Of a DNA stretch of 64,000 nucleotides, positions 1 to 13,406 are shown piece after piece. The stretch lies in contig NW_024704743.1 of assembly GCF_018977255.1 (NCBI RefSeq), positions 434,001 to 498,000 of the forward strand. The letters run 5' to 3'. The DNA comes from Callorhinchus milii. Taxonomy: Eukaryota. The position numbers were made by a program, and so were the translations under genes. The notes under the pieces were generated by a model, which ran no database searches, was not told the DNA's origin, and worked only from the letters and a program-made list of their open reading frames with translations. Numbering within the stretch: position 1 is the first letter of the stretch; every line of letters begins with the position of its first letter.

Positions 1-3000
1 GTAATTGGCCGCCGGGTTTCGCCCACAACATACACAGTCACTACACTTTACAATATGTTCTCTGAAGCGCTTTGAGACGTCTCGATGACGGGATAAGGCT
101 CTGCATCAAATGCCGGGATTATTTAGGATGATGCTAAGTTTGACTCAGCCCCTGCACGTCGCTGTGTACGAATTCACAGTCACTTCACTAACGCCTTGCA
201 GCAGTTCTCCGTGATGTAAGACGTGACGTTTTAACTCTTTGATGGGAGCGGAGTGTGGGGCGGGGGGGGGGGCGGGGAAGGGAGGGAGGGAGGGGGTTTA
301 TGAAAATGCGAGGATTATTATACATTATTATACTTCAAATTATTTATTATAATCGTTTAACTGGAAGGTTAACAGGAAAGATTCGGTTAATGAAGAGAGA
401 CGGTTCGCTGCTCATGTACATGAACCTAATTTCCTGCTGCTCTCTTCCAGGTTGACCTCCTGTGCGTGTAAGAATGTGTAACAGAGAGTACGCGAGAGCG
501 GGCGTGTGTGTTTGCGCGTGTGTGTGTGTGTGTGAGAGAGAGAATACGTGTGTGTGAGAGAGAATGCGCGTGTGTGTGTGTGTGTGTGAGAGAGAATGCG
601 TGTGTGGGTGTGGGTGGTTGTGTGGGTGTGTGTGAGAGAGAGAGAATGCGTTTGGGTGTGTGTGTGTGAGAGAGGTTGGATAGTGGCAATCGGCTGCCCG
701 CGTTTCGCCCGCAAAATATACAGTCACTACACCTTACTGCGTATCCTGCGAAGCCCTTTTGAGACGTCTCGAAGGCGCGATGAGGCGCCGGGTCAAATGC
801 CAGGATTATTATTATTATCTCCGAGGACACCCCACTATCCCCCCCCCACCCACCAACTCCCCCAACTCCCCCACCCCCCAACTCCCTACCCCCCAAATTC
901 CCCCCCCCCCAACTGCCGCGTTTCGCCGGCGAAAGGCGCGGTCCGTTCACTTTACAGCACATTCGGCGAAGCGCTTTGAGACGGCTCGAAGACGTGACCG
1001 GGCGCCGGATCGAACGTGAGGACTATTATCATTACAACTCCTGTCGGGAGCTGATCAGGAGGTAAGATGCTCTGAGCTGCTTATATTTTTTTTAATCCAG
1101 ACCCATTCAATCGGAGCAACGTGATGATCCTTGCGTTTCATTAAAGCGCTTTACCACCTGCAAAAATGACACACAGTCACTACAGTCAAATCCTTATAGA
1201 GCACTTGGAGACTTCCGGCTGAATGTGAAAGACAGACACCACGTCAAACCCGAGGTTTATCATTTATAATTCTATGTTACAAGTTGCCCTCGTCACCCCT
1301 GAACTTGCTCTCCGGCTCACTTGGCTTCCTGGAGAAGGTCCCCTTCTCTCAAGGTATCTCGGAGTCCTGTCGGGGTGGAGGTAACACGATAATAATCCTT
1401 GCATTCGATACAGCGTCTCATCGCGCCTTCGAGACGTCTCACGGGATACACTGCAAAGCGAGTTGACTGTATGTTTCCGTGGGGTTAGATCGCCGGGGCT
1501 CAAGTTCCCGGGCGGAGCGAAACCTCAGCAACCTTCGTCAGCGGGAACCCTTCCAAGTCGACCGGCGGATCGCTTTCCGGGGCTAACAACGTCCCGCAAA
1601 CAGCCAGGAAATCACAAGCTCTTTTGGAAGACGAAAATATCCAATCCTACGCCCTGTCGCGGCTCGACTCAAACCCACAAAGTTGCGGGTGGATTAAAAA
1701 CCCCACGTTCCGTGCGCAATTGGGGAATCCCGCCATTGGCCCACACAGCGCACAGTCACTGAACCCCACAGTATATTCTGTGAAGCACTTGGAGACGTCT
1801 TCAGCTCACAGCCCGGGGCGGAGGGGGTGTGTGTGTGTGTACGTGTGTGTACGTACGTGTGTGTGTCCGTGCGCGCGCAATAGATAGGGAACCACGGAAA
1901 TTCTGAGATCAGCTTCTCAAATAACACCACGTACACTGTAAACAAAACGAAACGGATTTTACAGAAATGTGGAATCAATGTTCGCTGAACTTTTCCTTTG
2001 GAAAAAATCCAATTCATCTGAATTGGGAATAAGGCTTCGTCTCAAAAGCTCATTGAATGCCAAAGCCTTCTCTCACGTCAATGTTCTTGAGTTCCATCCC
2101 CCTCCCCCCTTCCCCCCCCAGCTTCCCCCCCCACTCCGCTTTGCGTACTCTGGGGTAATATATATGTACAATCATGATCCTTGCGCCTTATCACGTCTTC
2201 GAGACGCCCCCTAACTCTGGGACGTCCTCCCGACGCGAAAGGCGCTGTACAAATGCCATTGATGCCTATGTTGTCTGAAAAGGGCTTCACAGAATACGCT
2301 GCCAAGTGTAGTGACCGTGTATTCTGTGGGCGAACCGCGGCAGCCAATGGCGCCCGGCAAGAACCTTCAGGAAGACAGAGCTTCGCGGGCAATTGCTGTC
2401 AAGTGTAGTGACTTGTGTTTGCAGGTGCAACATCCCACACCTACCGCACGAGATGATTGCTCAGGTTATTTGGCCCGACAGAGTCAAGTTGACGATAACC
2501 CCAGGAACAATCCCTGCATTTGATACCCGGGGGCTAATAATCCCCCCCAATAATAATGTGGCCACTCAATCCACGGCTGTTCGTGGGAACGCCGCTGTGC
2601 GCAATCGGCTGCCGCGTTTCGCCCACAAAATAGTCAGTACGCGTCCCAGTGTATCCCGCGAAGCGCTTTGAGACGTCTCGAAGACGTGATACGGCGCCGC
2701 GTCAAACTCGAGGATTATTATTAATTAACGTTATTATTAGCAACATCTCCCGGGGAATCGTTTCAGGTCGAGCGCTCCCCAAATGGGCTGATGCCGTCTC
2801 CTCTTTCACGCGGGGATGAATGAACGAAACCGATTCACTCCACTGCGTTACAATTGCTGAGCTGCACGACGGAAGATGACATTCTGTGTGCCGGCAGCAA
2901 TAATACTCTTAGCTCCCATTACACATATCTATTTCCTTTGAGCTAAACTTTGTTCTCTCTCTCTTGAAGTGCGAGTGTTCAGTGCGCGGAGCTCAAACAC

Positions 3001-5429
3001 CAAGGGATACGGACTTTATATTAGCTCCTGTGAGAACGGGGGGGACGGGGGGACGGGGGAGAGGGGGTTGAGAACATACGCACAGCCCGAGGGGATGTTT
3101 CGCTGGGAAATGGGATGTTTATTTTGGTATTTTAGAGGTGAACGGATACCGGGGTTAGAGCAGAGAGCTCCAGTGGGGGAGTGAGCACCAGCACAGACAC
3201 CGCGATGATAATAAAATAATCCTTACGTTTGATATAGCGCCTTATCAAGTCATTGAAGCCTCTCGAAGCGACGAGACGGGCCTTGAAGGAGGCAAGGGAG
3301 GGGGCGAGGTGGAGTTCCAGAGGGTGGGGGCAGAGTGTGGAGTAAGGACACTTGCCCGGGAATCGAACCAAGGCCCTCTCGTTTGCGCGGTTGGCTGCCG
3401 CGTTTCGCCCACAAAAGATACAGTCACTGCACTTTACAGTGTATCCCGCGAAGCGCTTCGAGACGTCTCGGAGACGAGATGAGGCGCTGCAACAAATTCA
3501 AGGATTATTATTATTATTATTATTGCATTGCGTGATGTCGCACGACACTGCGTTGCCCCTGTGTGAGTATCTCTGCCATTCCCCCCCTTCCTGACAGTCT
3601 GGGCTAATCCTGAGGGTTTGAGCGGATTTGGAAGGGATGGGGTGGTGGGGGGGATTGGGTGGGGGGGGGGGGTTGGTGGAGACATGAAATCTGCCAACAC
3701 AACGCAGTCAGCGTGAGAGAAGACACCACAGAACAAACCAGCTGTCTCTGTATGTATCTCTGTGCGTTTATCTGTGTGTGTGTGTCTCAATCAATTGTAT
3801 GTCTATTTGTGACATCAAGCGCTCTCTCTATTATTATTATTTTCCCCTCTCCCCCCCCCCCCCCCCCCCACCGCACGCACATACAAACATCCCCGACCCA
3901 GTCAGACAAGAGGGTCAGGAATACCTCAGCAAACAGAGACGTTATGGGGTTTAAAGTGTTGGTGGGAACCTTGAAAAGGTTTCACTATAATTAATAATAG
4001 TCCTGTGGGACGGTTCCTCTTAGCTCACTCCTCTATCAAGGTGCAAGCTTCATTATCATTATTATTCTCATTATTACTACCGTTACAATGTTGATAATGG
4101 TTTATTGTATTGCACTCATTTTTATAATTTGCTTACAGTTGAGTCCCGTTGTGTAGTGGTCGGAGCGCTCTCGAGAGGGACCGACCCGGGTTCGATTCCC
4201 GGGCAGGACAGGGCGAAACCTTAGGAACGTTATTATTATTGATTTTAATATTAAGATTGAAGAGAGCCCTCGCTTGTTAACTTGTTGCTCGTAACTCATC
4301 ACCTCTTCTCAAACTCAAGCTTTATTATTATTATTATTAACTTCATTACTGTTGTTGTTTCCGTGACGGTTTGCGTTGCTGTAGCGCAACGCGAGGCAGG
4401 ATTTGTGAGCGGAAAAGATCAGGTCCTGCAGTTTTGTTTGTGATTTATTACTAAGATAATAATACAAATAATACAAAAATAATAGTGATAAAATATATTT
4501 CAACCACCTCAAACCCCACCCCCCACTCTGCCCTAATGTCTCGCTCGCTCACTTACTGGTTCAATGCCATCAATGGGTCATTGGACTCATGCCATAGCTC
4601 ATTCTCATGGGTGGGGGCGCGGAGGCGGGATTGGGGAGGGGGGGAAAATCTCTGGGAAGCTCTCTCTCTCTTGCTCTCTCTCTCCCCCCCTCCCCTCTCT
4701 TTCTCTCTCCCTCTCTCCGCCACAGCCCCCACTTCCTTGTCTCTGCCTCCCAGGACAACCCCCCACCGCCCACCACCACCTACTACTCTCTCGCTCCATT
4801 TCCCTCTCTCCGTCCTCCCCCTCTCTCTTTCTCTTCCCATCTCAAGTTTACATTGTCAGAGGTGCCGTCCTTCAGATAGAGAGAGAGAGAGAGAGAGACC
4901 TTAAACCAAGGGCCCATCTGTGCGTGTTCAGGTGATATTAAATATCCCGCGGCTCGATTTGAAAAGAGAGGCCGTTCCTCTCTCTCTCTCTCTGTCTCTC
5001 CTGGCGTCCTGGCCAACAATCCACCAGATTACACTGGTCAGTCAAGGGGCAATTTCAGGACAGGAACCAGGAAGTGTTTCCTTTACCCAGAGGGTAATTA
5101 ACAACCGGAACAGGGTGACCAGGAAAGGTGGTTGAAGCCAAGACACTGGGACTTGTTTAAATGCTGTGATGGGGGGGAGAGAGGTGGGGTACAGTGTGGT
5201 AGGGGTTTTCTGGAGGTACAATAATATATATTAATGTATATATTATTACAGTTAATACAGCGCCTTGTTACATCTTCGAATAAGAAAACAGAGTAAATCT
5301 ATACTAAGGGGGAGGCAAAGCCCCGGATACATTTCAGTATCTTAACCTTTACACAGTGCAAAATTGCCAACCCGTTGTTTTATTCATTAAACCCCCCGGA
5401 GACAAAAGTCGGCATCACGGTGGGCATGT

Positions 5430-6103
5430 CTATTTGCCAAGGCCCCTCACACGAGGACCTGAATTACGCAGCTGGTGCTGAGTAAGCCTGGTACACGGCA
5501 TTGGACTTGGACCTCGAGAACATCGAGGTGGTTGGCATGTCACAAGCTGCCCCTGTAAAGGCCCTCCCATCACGCTGGAGGCAGATGTCCATCCGGTAGC
5601 CGATGAGGAAACTCTGGGGCCACAGCTACTGGAACGAGTCCCAGTTCGTGACACGCACTCGTACGTCCAGCGACTGACACCCGCCTTGATTGGCCTGCAG
5701 TTCTTGCTTAAACTCCGCACCTCCAACTGGTGGACCCATCGCTCGATGGGAAGGGAGGTTTTCCCAAGCTGCGGGCAGGAAGATGGTGGCAACCGTCTCG
5801 TGCATTTCGCACTGAGCTGTGTTGCCTACCGGGAAGCTCACAGGAAGTTCCTGATACCATCCACCTACTGAGGGTTCAAACCCACTGCACTGCTGATGGC
5901 AGCCCAGCCCGGCCCTGGCTCATCGGCAGGACCTGGAAGGGCCGACCAGTCACTGGGGGCAGGGAATCCTCCCCCTCAGCTCCTGTTGACCCCGCAGCCA
6001 AAGCCCTAATAGGGAGGGGGGTCCTAGGCTGGGCAAGCAGCGGGAAAGCTTGGCCGGACAGCGCTCTCGATGGCCGAGCTGTGTGTGTGGGTTTAGCTGG
6101 TTA
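5430..6103 (+). mobile_element. Degenerate non-LTR retrotransposon 3' fragment (ORF2 C-terminal Cys/His knuckle, RTE-X/Daphne-like); duplicate at ~16086-16760
   Basis: LLKLRTS...V(C)PSCGQEDGGNRLVHFALSCVAYREAHRKFL resembles the CxxC...HFxxxC motif of LINE ORF2 ends; 5953-6103 recurs inverted at ~9085-9258. Confidence 0.6.
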
Positions 6104-7721
6104 GACTCCAGCAGGTACCTGCAGATCGCTTCAAAAAAAGTAATAATAATAATGGTAATTTGGCCACTCAGTCAGCAACTGTTTGTAGGACACTGTCCTG
6201 TGCAATTGGCTGCCACCTTTAAATGCACAGTCACTCCACTTAACAGTATGTCCCGTGAAGCGCTTTGAGAAGACGTCTCAACCACATGATAAGGCGCTGG
6301 ATCAATTGCCAGGGTTATTACTATCATTATCTTCGCAGAGGCCAAGCGATGACTTGTGTAACGCTGTGTTCTTGGCACTTTGGATATTGGCGCAGACAGA
6401 AGATCAACACCTTCTGATCGGAAACTCGGAACAGATGGCGAGAGGGAGGCAGAACGTTTCCGTGGCTCACGCACTGACCAGGCCGGGGCGGGACAACAGT
6501 AATGATGATAGCCCTCACGCCGGGGGCCCAGCACCCGTCACGTCGGGTAGGACGTCTCAAAGCGCTTCGCGGGAATTTGCCGGGAAAGTGCGGCGACTGT
6601 GTTTTGTAGGCAAAACACGCGGCAGGCGGTTATTTGGCTCAAAAGCCATAATTTAACGCCTTATCCAAAGGACGGCACCTCGGACAAGGCTTTCTCTCCC
6701 CCACCCCCCACCCCCAGGGCTGAGCCGGAGCGTAGGGCAAGGACTCTGAGCTCAAACGTGCTGACATCCTGCCGTAGAGGTAGAGATGGGGGGGTGGGAA
6801 GGGGGAGGAAGAGGGAAGAATCTGATTAAAAAGGCGAGTCTTTGTTTGGTGAATTGGATGGAGAATGGTGGCTTTTAACAATTTCCCCGTAACCATGGCG
6901 ACGTGGCAACGGTTGCCTTAGTGATTCAAACAAGTGCTTCGTTTGACCATCGCAACACAAGCCCCAAAGTGCCAATGGACCAAAAATACGGATGATTTGT
7001 ATCGGATTGAGCTCAGAACCATCTGCGAAACAGTCTAGTGAAGGGCTGGGTGGGGGCGGGGGGGTGGCGAGGGGCGAGGGGCGGGGGGGGAATGGGGAGG
7101 GGGAGCGCTGGGTACGTTTATCCTGTTGTTTTTCCCGGAATTTGGGAATTTATTGCCCCTAACTATTGCCCCACAAGCAGCGGGAAAGCCACAGGGTTTT
7201 AGCTGGTTAGACGCCAGAGGTTTCCCCAACACATTTTGCGGGCAAAACCCGGCAGACAATTGCGCACAGCAGCGTCCCACAAAACAGTCGTGGGTTGAGT
7301 GACCGGATTATCATTTCTTTTTTCAAGGAATTATTATCCCGGGAAAAGCGATCCGCTCGTCAACCAACAGCCAGGTTCCCGCTTACCTGCTGCCGGGTAG
7401 ACAGAGACGTGAGCGGAGTAAGGAAACTTGCCTAAGGTTTCGCCCCGACCGGGAATCGAACCCGGGTCCTCTCGTCTGCGAGGCGAGCGCTCTAACCGCT
7501 GAGCTGCAGGACTCCATATAATAAGGCGCTATATCAAATGCAAGGATTATTATTATTATTATTATTATTATTCTTCCGTGAAGCACTGTGAGATGTTCTC
7601 CCGACGCGAAGTGCGCCGTATCAAATGCATTATTGTTATTATTAACGATTAGAAGGACAGAGCCTGACTCAGTTTGCCAAGTAGCGGGTAAGACGGTGCG
7701 CGCGTGAGCGCGTGTGTGTGC

Positions 7722-7752
<31 letters not shown>

Positions 7753-8009
7753 CGCGAGAGAGAGAGTCTTGTATGATGGCGAATGGCTCACACAGAGCCC
7801 GAGCTGTGAGGATTACAGTCAGACAGACACAGCCGTCCCATCGCATTAGCAACAGCCAATCGCTCAGCGCATTGGGGGAACTCAAGGACAAATAGATCAG
7901 ATACGATACCCTCCGCCGTCACCACTGCCCCACACCTCCCTATTGTCAGGTACCCTTTGATCGACACCGAGCACCGGAGACAAAAGGCTTTCAGTTCGGA
8001 AAAGAGAGA

Positions 8010-8282
8010 CTTGAAATAGGGCTTTTTTTTAAATTCGTCAGAATTAGGGCATGTACATCTCTTTAACCCATCACCCCCTGCCCTCCATCCCATTTTCTCC
8101 CTTGCCTTCCTTGCCGTGCCCCCCCCCCACCCCCCACTCCTTTCTCGGTTAGTCCTTAAAAGCCTCTCCCTCCCAACGTGTCCCAGTTCTGACGAAGGGT
8201 CGTGGATCCCAAAACGTCGACTGACTTTCACTTTCTCCATAAGTCTGACCCGCTGAGTGTTCACAGCGATCTCTGTTTTTTG
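8010..8282 (+). mobile_element. Penelope-like element terminal-repeat fragment (duplicate ~18670-18942; degenerate copies ~42030-42212)
   Basis: CAGTTCTGACGAAGGG...CCC(G)AAACGTCGACTG...CTGACCCGCTGAG...AGCGATCTCTGTTTTT resembles chondrichthyan Penelope ends as I recall them; left boundary approximate. Confidence 0.6.
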
Positions 8283-8365
8283 GGGGGTTTCACCAGAATA
8301 ATTATAGCTGCTACTGGCTGTACCTTCGAACGAACCCAAGCCAGAGATGCTCCACCCTGATTTCA

Positions 8366-8845
8366 CCGGCCGGGTGTCTGACACGCACGAAACCCGCCAC
8401 CGTGACCAGCTGGGTGTCTGACACACACTGACACTCATCGCCCTGACCGGTCGGGTGTCTGACACCCACTGACACTCATCGCCCTGACCGGTCGGGTGTC
8501 TGACACACACTGACACTCATCGCCCTGACCAGTCGGGTGTCTGACACACACAGAAACCCACCACCGTGACCAGCCGGGTGTCTGACACACACTGACACTC
8601 ATCGCCCTGACTGGTCGGGTGTCTGACACACACTGACACTCATCGCCCTGACCGGTCGGGTGTCTGACACACACTGACACTCATCGCCCTGACCGGTCGG
8701 GTGTCTGACACACACTGACACTCATCGCCCTGACCAGTCGGGTGTCTGACACACACAGAAACCCACCACCGTGACCAGCCGGGTGTCTGACACACACTGA
8801 CACTCATCGCCCTGACCAGTCGGGTGTCTGACACACACAGAAACC
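8366..8845. repeat. 41-bp minisatellite, two unit types, ~11 units (copy B ~19026-19385 has 3 fewer)
   Basis: Units GGGTGTCTGACACACACTGACACTCATCGCCCTGACCGGTC and GGGTGTCTGACACACACAGAAACCCACCACCGTGACCAGCC; the A/B offset shifts by 123 nt = 3x41. Confidence 0.95.
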
Positions 8846-9258
8846 CATCACCTTCGCTTAAGAGTCTCCAAACACAACTGAGAATTCCCCGTCTCTCACC
8901 TCCACATGGAAATCCCAGAGAGAGATGGTTGGAATGGAATGCGCTCTCTCTCTCTCTCTCTCTCTCCCTGGAGGGACGCCCCTCCCTGCTTACCTAATTC
9001 CAGAGAGTATTAGGCGCAGGTTGGCAAGAGCCAAGGCTTGGTGGAGGGTGGGGGGGAGCCCAGAGTGTGCGTTGGGGTAACTGCTGACCAGCTAAACCCA
9101 CACACAGCTCGGCCATCGAGAGCGCTGTCCGGCCAAGCTTCCCCGCCGCTTGTCCAGCCGAGGACCACCCTCCCCGTTAGTTATTTAGTTAGTTAGTTAG
9201 TTAGGGCTTTGGCTGTGGTGTTACCAGTTGCTGAGGGGGAGGATTCCCTGGCCCCCAG
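8822..9258 (-). mobile_element. 3'UTR fragment of the same LINE-like family (related copies on + at ~35470-35735 and ~47095-47232)
   Basis: Shared GGAATTCTCAGTT...GGTGATRGGTTTC...GTGTCAGA segment at three loci. Confidence 0.7.
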
Positions 9259-10832
9259 CACAGGAAGTGACGATACACAGGAAGTGACGCTTACAAGCTC
9301 TGCCTTTAACGCCCGGCAGCGCAGGTAGTGATGTCACAGTGACCGTAGAGTGCGGAAAACAGCCATTTTTAGGGTCAATAACCACAAAACAACACAAACA
9401 GATATAAATCTGGGGGAGGGGGAGCGGGAGCGGGCGGGGGGCGCGGGCGGGGGAGGGGGAGATTTAAAATAACCGTCTAAATTTTTTTGGAAAAAGACCA
9501 AAGTCTCTCCGTGTGTACATTTCGGTCTCCGAAGCCAACGCTTAAAATTCTAAGCTGCGTCTTAAGCTGCAGAGATCGACGGCTCCCGGCGGGACATTCT
9601 GCTTCAGCCCCAACGCGGTTAATTTCCGCAATTAATGGTCTTAATTTACTTTGCTTTTTCCCTGGACGTGAGATGTGGCGATTAAAAAATTTCATTTGAA
9701 TGCAGGATCCCACTGCAAACATTCTTAGATTTTGGGGGGTGGGGGCGGGGGGGAAAAAAAGAAGAGAGTTTCTCTCTCCCCCTCTGGAGGCGCTGGATCA
9801 TTGGAGAGGCTCCTACATGTCCAGTGGCTCGACTGGCGATCGCTGTCCATTGTTGTGGGTGAACCCGGCAGCCATTTTGCTCCCAGAAAGGTTCCCACAG
9901 AGAGCCTTCAAATACCCAAACAAATACACAGCCCGTCCACCTGAAAAACTATAGGAGAGAGAGGTGGGGGGCGGGGGGGTGGGGAGGGAGAGAGCGAGGG
10001 TGCGGGAGGGTGAGAGGGTTTTGGGAGAGGGCGAAGAGGGACGCGTAGGGGTGGGGGAGTGAGGGTGGAGATGAGGGTTGGGATGAGGAAGGGTCTGTTC
10101 CTGACATTCACGTCCCATTGAATCTCCTTAAACACACAGTATAATATCTTACCCACCCTCCGTGTCCTTCGGTTGGCAGCAGTGAGTGTGAAGATGTTTC
10201 TCATCTTAGGATCTCTGACTCGATGCCAAAACAGCCTTTCGCAACGACATCGCAGATCTTAATCACTTACAGAGCCAAACAATGGGCCGTATTGTGCGAG
10301 TTGTGTAAACTGTGGGGCACAGAGGGAGAGGCAGATGTCCTGAATTATGGAACTAACGATCAATTCAACATTTCCTGACAGCGCGTCCGTCGCTCACTTC
10401 AATCGCTCTCGAGCAGTTCAGCTCCAACGCCACCCCGCCCGCGGATGCACCTCGTCCACCCACAAATACACAGTCACCGCACCTTACGGCAAATCCTGTG
10501 AAGCGCTTTGAGACGTCCTCCCGATACCCAAAGCACCGTAGCAAATGTAAGGATTCTTTTTCTATCAAACGCAAGGGTCGTTCAACTGTGATTTTTGGTC
10601 ACCGTTCCTCTCTCCCCATCTCGTCTGGAGCTCAGCCCCCAGCTCAGGTGCCCAGCGGGGACTGTTAAACAACCTTGGGACACCCTCCCCACGCGAGAGG
10701 CGCCGTGTAACTGTAACCCGCATTGTACTGTGGAGATAGTGCAGGGGTTAGAGCGCTCGTCTCGCGAGCGAGAGGACCCGGGTTCCATTCCCGGGCAGGT
10801 CGGGGCGAAACCTTAGGCACGTTTCCTCACTC

Positions 10833-10864
<32 letters not shown>

Positions 10865-11140
10865 CATGTGCGTCTGTTTACCAGCAGTCAGTAGGAACCC
10901 GGTTGTTAGTCAATGGGCGTATTGCTTTCTGGGGGTAATAATCCCCCCCCAAAAAAAATTGGGCTGCCGCATTTCACCCACAGAACACTTTACTGGCTAT
11001 TCGGTAAAGCGCTTTAACGGTGCGGATCCAGCACTTTGGGACGTCATCCTGACATGAAAGGCACTATATACAAACGTAATTTGTTGTTGTCTCATGAAGC
11101 TAGACGTTATGTTTACTAAGTAATCTTCTGTTTTATTAAC

Positions 11141-11171
<31 letters not shown>

Positions 11172-13406
11172 CGCTTCGGTTTTTACGGCTGAACCGTTTA
11201 TCTGGGAGTGATATCTACCCTATCGTTGAGACGTCTCAAAGCGCTTCACAGGATATACTGCAAAGTGAGCCGACTATGTTTTGTGGGTGAAACGCGGCAG
11301 CCACTTGCGTCCAGCGGTTTATTGATAATAACCCTCCGGTCTGTCCGCTCCCACTGCGTGTCTTTCCAATTCCCCTAAAGATCACCTCCCTCTCCCCCTG
11401 GCGCTCCGGGACTCTACCCTGCGTGCAGGGTGCTGTATAAACACGAGCTGTTGTGGTCTGACTGCTCCGGGGGTGACTTCCTCGATCCCATTCGGCCACT
11501 TTCGAAAAAACCAGGGGTGACGAACCGGCGAGGAACGCGGGCTCGGATAGGGTTAATCCCGTGGGCGGAAGGGGCCACAGAACAAGGCGAGGAGATTGTA
11601 AAGTGCACGAGCGATGATGAGACGTTCTCCGCTCAGCCATTACAAAGCTCTCTCCTGCTCAGCGAAGGTCAAGGCCAACCACTGAAGCTGTTATCAGCAC
11701 AAGAGTGGCCATCTCCACCGCTATGTGCTCGCTCGGGTGGCGAGCCGCTAGACTAACGGTTGCCTCAGCAACCAGCCAACCTGCGCGGTTGCTAAGGTGG
11801 GGGGTGGTGGGGGGGGGGGGTGTGTGGTGGGATAACAAAAGATGTTTTGCTTCCGAGATTTCTGTCGGAATTCTGCAAAAGTCTCCCCGGCTCCCTTGAC
11901 AACCCGCTCCGCGTTAAAAGCAACTTTGGTTAATTGCCGGCAACAACAACAACAACAATAATAATAATAATCCTTGCATTCGCCCCGATCACGTTGTAGA
12001 GACGTCTCCAAGCGCTTTGCGGGATACATTTGGGTACCTTGAGGGCGGAACGCGGAGGCCAATTCCGCACACGGGCAGCAGCGTCCCGTAAACAGCCGCT
12101 GATTGAGTGACCAATTTTCTGTCGGAAAGGATTATTCCCTTTGAAAAGCGATCCCGCCGATCGACTAACAACTGGGTTCCCCCCTTACTGCTGGGCAGAC
12201 AGCGTGCGTGGAGGAAGGAAACCTATCGGTTCAGATGAAGGTCCTCCTGGTCTCCCCATCACATCGTCGGGTATTTTCCCGCAGGAAATCCGTTCTAAAT
12301 TGTCGTTGGGAGTTTCATTGTTCAAACACCTCTGAGATCCGGTACACCTCTGGTGAGGTGTCCAGGGATACGGAGCAAAGGCAGGAAATGGAGTTGGGCT
12401 ACAGATCTGCCGGGGAGGAACAGGCTCAAGGGGCTGAATGGCCTATTCCTGTGCTCACCTCTCCCCCCCGGCCCCCACCGTTCCCCCCCCCCCCAAGCTT
12501 TACCTCACCATCGGCTGCCATCGGAAACCTCCAGTTTCGCCCACAAAATACACAGTCGCTACGCTTTACAGTGGATTCTGTGAAGCGCTTTGAGACGTCG
12601 CGACGACGTGATAAGGCGCTGTGCAGCAAAGGCAAGGATTCATTTCTCTGCCTCTGCTTTGTGGAACTCCACCCCAGAGTCCCTATGTGTTGCCCCCCCC
12701 CCACACCCCCCCCACCACCTCCAACCCTATTTAAATCCCATCTCAGACTCTCTTTTTATGACCAAACTTTTGGTCACGTCCCACCACCCGCACCCCCCAC
12801 CCCCCCCCACACCCAGCTCCTTCCTCTGTTTGTCCCACATTGACCCACAAAATACACAGTCACTACGCTTGACTACAGACAGCTGTGAAGCACTTTTGAG
12901 ACGGTGTAAGGTTACGACGGTGGTGTAATCTGGCTGCTGCTGCCCCCTGCAGATTAGACGGAGGTTTGCTGTCTGGCGGGTTATCAATAATAATAATCCT
13001 TGCGACTATTATTATTGGTGGGGGGGGGGGTTGTTGGCCAGGACACTGGGGACGGAGAAACCCCCTTCTCTTTTCGAACAGGGTCTTTAATGCCCAACTG
13101 GGACCTGCTTAAAGTCTCGTCCGAAGCACGGCCCCTCGACAACGCTCGTGCTCCCCCCAGTCAGCCTAGAGTCAAAGTCCTGATGTGGGGGGGTTGAACC
13201 CAAAGCCTTCTGACACCGAGGCAAGCGCGCAACCGACTGAGCCACCGCGCCCAACCTTAATAATCCTTGCACTTGCTAGTGCGCCTCGTCACATTGAGAC
13301 GTCTNNNNNNNNNNNNNNNNNNNNNNNNNNNNNNTCCACAAGCCAAGTTGACCGATTGGGTATCTGGAACCGCCCGGAGCCTCCATCGGAACCTTTTCAT
13401 TTCTAG

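Larger units (their letters stand above)
2762..13304 (+). repeat. Segmental tandem duplication, copy A (ends at N-gap 13305-13334)
   Basis: Colinear, near-identical to 13407-23824; paired ORFs in the track, e.g. 5430..5792 and 16086..16448. Confidence 0.97.

Noticed and set aside
425..475. Strong plus-strand acceptor (CCTAAT...CTCTCTTCCAG|G)
   Set aside because: Followed by a microsatellite, with no recognisable coding frame or partner exon
7788..8516. 242-aa ORF present in both duplicate copies
   Set aside because: Spans a minisatellite and a Penelope fragment; its preservation only reflects the near-identity of the copies
8366..8845. Regular repeat array, superficially CRISPR-like
   Set aside because: No unique spacers, no cas genes, eukaryotic context; it is a minisatellite
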